Origin: an uncultured Anaerolineales bacterium
GTDB lineage: Bacteria > Chloroflexota > Anaerolineae > Anaerolineales > UBA11858
Direction: 5' to 3'
Length of the DNA: 64,000 nt
NCBI GenBank assembly: GCA_964448865.1
Contig: CAYUXO010000002.1
Location: forward strand, 11,602 to 75,601
Made by a program: the position numbers and the translations under genes. Below the pieces are notes generated by a model. That model was not told where the DNA came from. It ran no database searches and was given only the letters and a program-made list of their open reading frames with translations. This document shows, one piece after another, positions 58,057 to 64,000 of this stretch. Position 1 is the first letter of the stretch, and each line of letters starts with the position of its first letter.

Positions 58057-58434
58057 ATGATCCAAACATCCCCTTTGTTAATTGTGCCCAGGGACTGTGA
58101 ATTTGTCGTGGGGCGTTTGACGCAACGCCTGGCTTTGGGAGGTTATAACGCGGAGCGTTCTTTTGATCTGCAGCGTGTGCAAACCGAGCCTGCTACCTGT
58201 GCCTGCCCTCACCACGGTACGGCAAAGTGCAACTGCCAGATGATTGTTTTGTTGGTTTATTTTCCGTCAGGTGTAATGCGTACCATGATCGCACATGGAT
58301 GTGATGGGATCACCCATCTTGATTGGAGTGAGGAACTTACAATTCAAGAACAGGAAGGGCTGGGAGAGATCATCAAAGATCTTGATGCAGAACTCCATCT
58401 CCCCTTAAAGTCTGATATCCCCGCCAGAACCTAA
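58057..58434 (+). CDS. Small Cys/His-rich protein, paralog P3
   Basis: SFDLQ-x8-CACPHHGTAKCNCQMIVLLVY-x11-HGCDGIT. Confidence 0.65.
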   Translation: MIQTSPLLIVPRDCEFVVGRLTQRLALGGYNAERSFDLQRVQTEPATCACPHHGTAKCNCQMIVLLVYFPSGVMRTMIAHGCDGITHLDWSEELTIQEQEGLGEIIKDLDAELHLPLKSDIPART

Positions 58435-58443
58435 ATTATATCT

Positions 58444-59055
58444 ATGAATGAGAAGTTATTTATGAACCAACCCGGCATTCGAGAGTTGCGGCAAGAAAGA
58501 AAGCGACGAAAGAAATAGATCAAGAATTTGATCAGGGCAGGTATCGCGCTGAGTATCCTGGGAATAAGGGGTTTTTCTGTTTGGCGTATAATGCGCCCAT
58601 CCCTGGGAGAAGAGATCCCAATCATGTCTAATTCCGGGAAACACGTGCCAGAGGGAACGGACCCCGGCCCCTATAACTCTAATCCGCCCACATCCGGCCC
58701 TCACTATGGGCAGGAATATGAAGCCGGGTTTTTTGATGAACAATCTCCGGAATCACGGGTTAAATACACCGAAGGTTATTTGTGACATAATCTGGAGTAT
58801 GGCTAGGTCAGTTTCTGGTATGATTGCGGTTTTTTGGATGACCCGGGTTGTGACACATTAAAATCCCAGATCAAAGAAGTTATGGATAAATTTGACGGCT
58901 TTAAACTGATCGCTTTTCCGTCTGATTCTCTGGATGTTCCACTGGCGATGGTCTCCTGGGGGCAATTGCTGCAGTTTGAGGTTTTGGACCAGGGATTGGC
59001 CAGCCAGTTTGTAAGTGTTAACCGCAACAGGGCCACGGAGCCGAACGCTCCTTAA
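58444..59055 (+). pseudogene. DUF3105-family gene with three in-frame stop codons and no frameshift
   Basis: One frame reads MNEKLFMNQPGIRELRQERKRRKK-TAG(58516)-IKNLIRAG...NPPTSGPHYG...EGYL-TGA(58783)-HNLEYG-TAG(58804)-VSFWYDCG...VSWGQ...EPNAP. It is collinear with the intact paralog at 29232..29825. Confidence 0.7.
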
Positions 59056-59227
59056 CGTCTAAAACAGTATCCACTCAGCAGCCGGTGGGGTGTGTTTCCA
59101 CGCTTATATTGGGGGAAGAACAAGAGGAAGTAATAACATATTCGCTCCTGATTAGCGGCAGAGAGATTCTAGTCGTTATTGGGTAATGATAAAAATTTGT
59201 AAAATTTCTTTGTAGTACAATAAATTC

Positions 59228-59911
59228 ATGACAAATAAAGACACAGAACCTACCATTCGTGTGGTGCTGGCAGATGACCATGCTGTCGTTCGTGCTGGCA
59301 TCCGCCAGTTTTTAGAGAGTGCCGGGGATATCCAGGTTGTAGCTGAAGCAGATGATGGTGAAATGGCAAAAAAACTCATCACGGAACACCTGCCTGATGT
59401 TGCAGTTCTTGATATTCAGATGCCAAAAGCAACAGGGATCGAAGTTACTCAATGGGCCCGCGATAATCAGCTTGAGGTTGGTTTGCTGATCCTGACCGCT
59501 TATGATGATTCTCCTTACGTGATGGCGGTATTACAGGCTGGAGCGAACGGCTATGTATTAAAAACTGCCGCTCCAAGGGAAATTATTCGCGCTGTACGCG
59601 ATGTTTACGCGGGTAATTCTGCCCTGGATGCCAGCATTCTCAACAAGATGATGACCCAGATTTCAAAGGTCAAAGACACACCGCTGGTAGAGGAGTTGAC
59701 TAAACGCGAGATGGAGGTTCTGTCCCTGGTTGGCATGGGGTATATCAACAAAGCCATTGGTGTTCAATTGGGCATCAGCGACCGCACAGTCCAGGGGCAT
59801 TTAGCGCATGTCTTCAGCAAGCTCCAGGCTTCCAGCCGCACCGAAGCGGTGATGCGCGCAGTTTCACTGGGTTGGCTGCCTTCTGATTTGGGACGAATGG
59901 ATTCAGATTAA
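59228..59911 (+). CDS. NarL/LuxR-family response regulator
   Basis: Receiver domain plus a C-terminal LuxR HTH (LTKREMEVLSLVGMGYINKAIGVQLGISDRTVQGH). Confidence 0.9.
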   Translation: MTNKDTEPTIRVVLADDHAVVRAGIRQFLESAGDIQVVAEADDGEMAKKLITEHLPDVAVLDIQMPKATGIEVTQWARDNQLEVGLLILTAYDDSPYVMAVLQAGANGYVLKTAAPREIIRAVRDVYAGNSALDASILNKMMTQISKVKDTPLVEELTKREMEVLSLVGMGYINKAIGVQLGISDRTVQGHLAHVFSKLQASSRTEAVMRAVSLGWLPSDLGRMDSD

Positions 59912-59949
59912 TGACTTCTGCCCCTATTAGCCGGTATTCCTTGGTTTGA

Positions 59950-61689
59950 ATGGAAAACTCTCAACCAATAACTCTTTCCAGCTTACGCAAGCGCGGGATG
60001 TCCCTGCAGCTTTTTGTCTGGATCGTTTTGTCTCTGATTGCGTTCTTAATGGTAGTCACCTTTGGCAGCCTGGCTTTGCACCAACGGGTTATGCGGACTC
60101 TTGTTGGAGAGCGTGACGAACGAGCTGTACGCACTGCCGCCAGTGCGTTGGCAGAGCAGCTTGATTATCGGGCTGCTGACGTCAGAAACCTCTCGCTGCG
60201 GGCTGCTGATGGGATTCCCCTTGACGATATATTATTATCTTCCAGTTTTCTCCTGCCGGATTTTGATGCCGGTTTGGCTTTTTTCTCACCTGAGGGCCAG
60301 TTGCTTGCTCATACTGGAGATGGTTTTCTGTGGACTAATAATGATGTTTTCCGGGTAGAATTGGACAAATCCATCTCTCAGTCCGGGACGGCTCCGCGCT
60401 TTTCACCAGAAGTCCCTGGCCCAAGTGGAAGCAAAGTGGTTGTTCTTCTATCTGCTGCAGCCCGGCCCGGCGCTCCAATTATCATTGGGGCATTTTTTCC
60501 ATCTACTTTAGCAGAACACACACTATCCAACCTTTTCAAAACAGACGATCAGGGAAATATCTTCCTGATTTCCTCCAATGGACAAATTTTATTCAGTTCA
60601 GGGATGGACAATCCGCTGTCCGACCCCATATCTCATCCAGGTGTAAAAAATGCATTACGAGGTGAAAGCGGGGCACTTTATATTGCCGAGGATGGCGTTG
60701 AACATGTAATTGCTTATCAGGTGGTCATGCCGCTGGGCTGGGCTTTGATCATTGAAGAGCCTTGGGAATCCGTTACTTCCCCACTTCTTAACACAACCCT
60801 CTTTGCGCCGCTCATTTTACTTCCTGGTCTTTTGTTATCACTTGTAGCCCTATGGTTTGGAATCCGTCAAATTATGCAGCCGCTCCAAAATCTGGAAGAG
60901 CGGGCTCGTGAATTGGCCTGGGGAGATTTTCAGAGTATTGAAACCACGGTGGGGGGCATTGATGAGATCAGCCGACTGCAAAACGCACTCATCTTTCTGG
61001 CACGGAAAGTTCAGGCATCTCAAAACAACCTGCGCGGCTATATTGGTGCGATTACCACAGGACAGGAGGAAGAACGGCGGCGTCTGGCCAGGGAACTGCA
61101 CGATGAGACCCTGCAGTCGTTGATTGCTCTTAATCAACGGGTACAGTTAGCCCAAATGAATTTAAATGGGACCAGCACAGTAGAACAATTGAACGAGATT
61201 CAGATCATGACCGAGCAAACAATTAAAGATCTTCGCCGCCTGACCCAGGGACTGCGGCCGCTTTATCTCGACGATCTGGGATTGGTCCCTGCTCTGGATA
61301 TGCTGACCCGCGATTTGCAGGAGTCCACCTCAATGCCAATTTCTTTTCAGCGCCTGGGAAAGGAACGGCGTCTGCCTTCTGAGCTGGAATTGGGGCTTTA
61401 CCGAATAGCCCAGGAAGGATTGAGTAATATCCAGCGCCATGCCCGGGCATCACAGTCCTCGCTGGAGATTGAGTTTACACTTGACCAGATCACCTTGACC
61501 ATTGCAGACAACGGACAAGGTTTTGAACTCCCTGAAAGTCCGGCCGAGTTTGCTTCAACAGGGCACTTTGGTTTACTGGGACTTTTCGAGCGGGCAGAAC
61601 TACTTAAGGCAAAACTGGAAATCTTCACAGCCCCAGATCAGGGCACCCGATTGGTTGTAACCCTGGCTCATCCGGAGGGATTAATCTAA
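59950..61689 (+). CDS. Sensor histidine kinase (extracytoplasmic sensor domain, HAMP, HisKA_3, HATPase)
   Basis: Two TM helices flank a ~230-aa external domain. ELHDETLQSL H-box of the NarX/DegS type. Confidence 0.85.
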   Translation: MENSQPITLSSLRKRGMSLQLFVWIVLSLIAFLMVVTFGSLALHQRVMRTLVGERDERAVRTAASALAEQLDYRAADVRNLSLRAADGIPLDDILLSSSFLLPDFDAGLAFFSPEGQLLAHTGDGFLWTNNDVFRVELDKSISQSGTAPRFSPEVPGPSGSKVVVLLSAAARPGAPIIIGAFFPSTLAEHTLSNLFKTDDQGNIFLISSNGQILFSSGMDNPLSDPISHPGVKNALRGESGALYIAEDGVEHVIAYQVVMPLGWALIIEEPWESVTSPLLNTTLFAPLILLPGLLLSLVALWFGIRQIMQPLQNLEERARELAWGDFQSIETTVGGIDEISRLQNALIFLARKVQASQNNLRGYIGAITTGQEEERRRLARELHDETLQSLIALNQRVQLAQMNLNGTSTVEQLNEIQIMTEQTIKDLRRLTQGLRPLYLDDLGLVPALDMLTRDLQESTSMPISFQRLGKERRLPSELELGLYRIAQEGLSNIQRHARASQSSLEIEFTLDQITLTIADNGQGFELPESPAEFASTGHFGLLGLFERAELLKAKLEIFTAPDQGTRLVVTLAHPEGLI

Positions 61690-61826
61690 AGGAAATTCGA
61701 GAACTTGCCGCCCGAACCGGGACCACTTCCAAAACTATCCGCTTTTCCTAACAGCATCACTAAATACTGCATCTGAAGAACGATCTAGACCACCTCTATT
61801 CCCCCAGTAAGAAGTTCATTTTTAAA

Positions 61827-61844
61827 ATAAGCAAACTTGCCTAT
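61827..61844. promoter_or_regulatory. Island palindrome site 10: ATAAGCAA-AC-TTGCCTAT
   Basis: Exact match to ATARGC-N6-GCYTAT, 82 nt upstream of the small membrane protein gene. Confidence 0.45.
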
Positions 61845-61925
61845 AGTCAACCCCGCTAAATTGCGCTTTTGCGCGGGAGGCATGTTTGGTTTAATCCGAA
61901 CAATATGGTTTGGAGGTATAAACTC

Positions 61926-62156
61926 ATGAACAAAACGAGAAAAAAACAGACCAAGAAGAAAAAACAGGCAAACGACGGGATGCCGCTGATTGTCTTTGTG
62001 TCCCTTCTAGGCGGCGGACTTTTTGGCTATTTAGTTGGCGAAATAGGATTTGCGGTTCGCCCGCATCCCGTGCATTGGGCAGCGGCTCTGGCGGGTGTCG
62101 TTTTAGGCGGCCTGACAGGGTGGCTGATTTTTCACCTGAAGGGCGACATTATTTAA
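61926..62156 (+). CDS. Small two-TM protein with Lys-rich N-terminus
   Basis: ATG 61926 is preceded by GGAGG. MNKTRKKQTKKKKQ is followed by two Gly-rich helices. Confidence 0.5.
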   Translation: MNKTRKKQTKKKKQANDGMPLIVFVSLLGGGLFGYLVGEIGFAVRPHPVHWAAALAGVVLGGLTGWLIFHLKGDII

Positions 62157-62162
62157 CTGAGA

Positions 62163-63983
62163 TCAATCTTGTTTAAGCAGTCGGGCTGAATTGGCCAGGA
62201 TGCCAAGATCAGGCATTGATTGAGCGGCAGCGGCCAGGATGGGCGGTAAAATGCCGAAAGCAGCCAGAGTCAAGCCAAAGATATTGTAGACTGCGGTAAA
62301 TCCCAAATTGAATTTAATTACAGTCATGGTTTTACGAGCTATTTGGAAAGCTTGAGGAACCAAAGTCCAATCCTCGCGCATCAGGGCGATATGGGCGGCC
62401 TCCATCGCGACATCCGTTCCTGCCGCACCCATGGCGATGCCGACATCGGCTTGGGCCAGAGCTGGCGCGTCATTGACCCCATCTCCGACCATGACAACTA
62501 CTTTTCCTTCGGATTGATAGCGCTTGACTATGGCGATTTTATCCTCAGGTAACAATTCTGCTTGATAGTCAATCTCAAGCTGTTCAGCAAGTGCGGCAGC
62601 TGTACGTTTGTTATCTCCGGTTAGAAGCTCAATTTGATTCAGTCCCAAATCGCGCAATTGTTTCAGCGCGGAAGGGATTTCTGGACGGAGTGTATCCTCT
62701 GCAGCCAGGAATCCGGCCAATTTATCATCCACCTGAACAAAGAGCAAGGTTTTCCCCTGGCTTTCAAGTGAGTCTGCTAGGGGCAGGTCAGCATCGGGAG
62801 CAATCATTCGGCGGCTGCCAATCGCGAGGATATGGCCGTCCACACGGGCGCGCAGTCCCATCCCGGGAAGAGATTCAAAATCCTGTGGCTTGGAGAGCAG
62901 CAAACCGCGATCGCGTGCGGCGCCTCGCACAGCTTCCGCCAGAGGATGTTCAGAGTAGCGTTCCGCGGAGGCTGTCAATTGCAAGAGTTCATCCCCCGTC
63001 CAGTCATTATTCAAAGACGACTGATAACTAATGCGAGGCTGTCCCAAGGTGAGGGTTCCTGTTTTGTCGATCAAAAGTACATTTGCCCGGGCCAGCGTTT
63101 CCAGGTATTTGCTGCCTTTGATGAGCAAGCCGCGTTTCGCTCCTGCACCAATGGATGCCATCATCGCCATCGGTGTTGCCAATGCGAAGGAGCAGGCACA
63201 AGCGACGACAAGAACTGCAGTTGTTGCTAATGGATCACGGGTGAAGAGGAAGGTCAGTCCGGCGATAGCCGCCACTATGGGTAAATACCAGGATGCAAAT
63301 TTATCGGCGATTCCTTGAATATCGGCCCGATGCGCCTCTGCTTCTTCGACCAATTGAATGACACGGCCGAAGGTTGTATCGCGCCCGACGTGAGTTGTGC
63401 GGATTCTCAGACTTCCCAATTGTGCGAGAGTCGCGGCGAAGACTTTTGAACCGACTCCAACTTCCACAGGCATGGATTCACCGGTAATGGCAGCCTGGTC
63501 AATCGTTGCGTGTCCATCTAACACATTTCCATCCACCGGGATATGCTCACCGGGGCGGATAATGACAGTTTCACTCACCTTCACATCATCTATCGGAACA
63601 GTGATCTCCTCGTCATTCCGCCAGACACGCGCAGTTTGAGGGGCAAGGGCTGAAAGTTCCTTGAGGGCGCGGCGGGCGCGATCGGAAGTAAACGATTCGG
63701 CATACTCACCTATGCGCATGAAAAATACCACTACTGCCGCTGTTGACCATTCTCCAACAGCTACAGCTGCCAGCAGCCCCATGGTTGTTAAAGTGTGTGC
63801 AATAATTTTTCTTCGGAGTGCGGCCTGGATGACATTCAGAAATACAGGGTAGCCGGTCAGCAACACCACGCCGAGTCCAAGATACCAGGGAATGTTCCCG
63901 GTAATGCGTTCGAAAAGCCCCATCCACTCACCGACTACGATGATGAAGATTACCACCCCGAAAACCAATCCGAATAGGCGCAT
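62163..63983 (-). CDS. P1B-type heavy-metal ATPase without N-terminal metal-binding domain; CAC in place of the CPC motif
   Basis: TGES, DKTGTLT and GDGVNDAP. The transmembrane metal motif reads VVACACSFALATP where CopA (same window) reads [12 protein letters not shown]. Confidence 0.8.
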   Translation of the reverse strand: MRLFGLVFGVVIFIIVVGEWMGLFERITGNIPWYLGLGVVLLTGYPVFLNVIQAALRRKIIAHTLTTMGLLAAVAVGEWSTAAVVVFFMRIGEYAESFTSDRARRALKELSALAPQTARVWRNDEEITVPIDDVKVSETVIIRPGEHIPVDGNVLDGHATIDQAAITGESMPVEVGVGSKVFAATLAQLGSLRIRTTHVGRDTTFGRVIQLVEEAEAHRADIQGIADKFASWYLPIVAAIAGLTFLFTRDPLATTAVLVVACACSFALATPMAMMASIGAGAKRGLLIKGSKYLETLARANVLLIDKTGTLTLGQPRISYQSSLNNDWTGDELLQLTASAERYSEHPLAEAVRGAARDRGLLLSKPQDFESLPGMGLRARVDGHILAIGSRRMIAPDADLPLADSLESQGKTLLFVQVDDKLAGFLAAEDTLRPEIPSALKQLRDLGLNQIELLTGDNKRTAAALAEQLEIDYQAELLPEDKIAIVKRYQSEGKVVVMVGDGVNDAPALAQADVGIAMGAAGTDVAMEAAHIALMREDWTLVPQAFQIARKTMTVIKFNLGFTAVYNIFGLTLAAFGILPPILAAAAQSMPDLGILANSARLLKQD

Positions 63984-64000
63984 TACTTTACCTGTAAAGT

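Noticed and set aside
58444-59055. An alternative genetic code or programmed read-through as the explanation for the in-frame stops here and at 37064.
   Set aside because: TGA, TAG and TAA all terminate well-defined genes throughout the window (for example TGA at hemB and znuC, TAA at ccdA), so there is no global reassignment. In the DUF3105 copy two different stop codons are involved, which favours a pseudogene. Only the single TGA in the DUF1573-like gene is kept as a Sec candidate.
1-64000. Search for CRISPR arrays, tRNA/rRNA genes, integrases, toxin-antitoxin pairs and known defence-system genes.
   Set aside because: I saw no tandem repeat-spacer structure, no T-loop/acceptor-type tRNA signature in the intergenic regions, and no integrase, restriction, Cas or abortive-infection motifs in any ORF. 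This was a by-eye scan only; a tRNAscan/Infernal run would be decisive.

Overview
Compact, operon-rich bacterial chromosomal window. No rRNA, tRNA, CRISPR array or intact mobile element was seen. Gene content (archaeal-type GAPDH, PT-rich LysM linkers, coproporphyrin-type haem genes) is reminiscent of Chloroflexota/Anaerolineae, but that is unverified. Roughly 1-22.3 kb is housekeeping: an MFS transporter, nucleoside hydrolase, miaB, a NUDIX hydrolase, wall/LysM proteins, a decayed IS200/RAYT-like fragment with REP-like hairpins, a zur-znuACB-type operon with a textbook promoter and 17-bp-arm Fur-family box, and a translationally coupled haem operon (hemA-C-D-B, radical-SAM/SPASM, hemE-Y-L, with hemH convergent). 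From about 22.8 kb to the end the window is a metal / thiol / envelope-redox island. It holds two CuA-motif cupredoxins around a NapH/NosR/CcoG-like Fe-S membrane protein with a fused cytochrome c and a PCYCGC lipoprotein. It also holds a circularly permuted CcdA with TlpA-like thioredoxin, Lgt-like, DUF3105 and DUF2085 genes; a YHS / beta-CASP / archaeal-GAPDH operon; a MacB/LolCDE-like ABC transporter followed by a DUF1573-like gene with an in-frame TGA; a csoR-like/copA operon; reverse transsulfuration genes; DUF302 plus rhodanese; two two-component systems; SHOCT and Gly/Met-rich proteins; and a second P1B ATPase with CAC instead of CPC. Two signals tie the island together and are my best candidates for something undescribed. 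(1) A family of three paralogous small Cys/His-rich proteins (FDLQ-x8-CxCPHHG-x3-CxCQ[IM]VVLLVY), each heading a metal/thiol gene cluster; one is translationally coupled to a CsoR-family protein that lacks the usual Cu(I) ligands. (2) An 18-bp palindrome, ATARGCAA-N2-TTGCYTAT, found by eye at 10 intergenic positions in front of these clusters and not seen in the intergenic regions of the housekeeping third. All functional calls rest on motif recognition by eye; no database search was possible.
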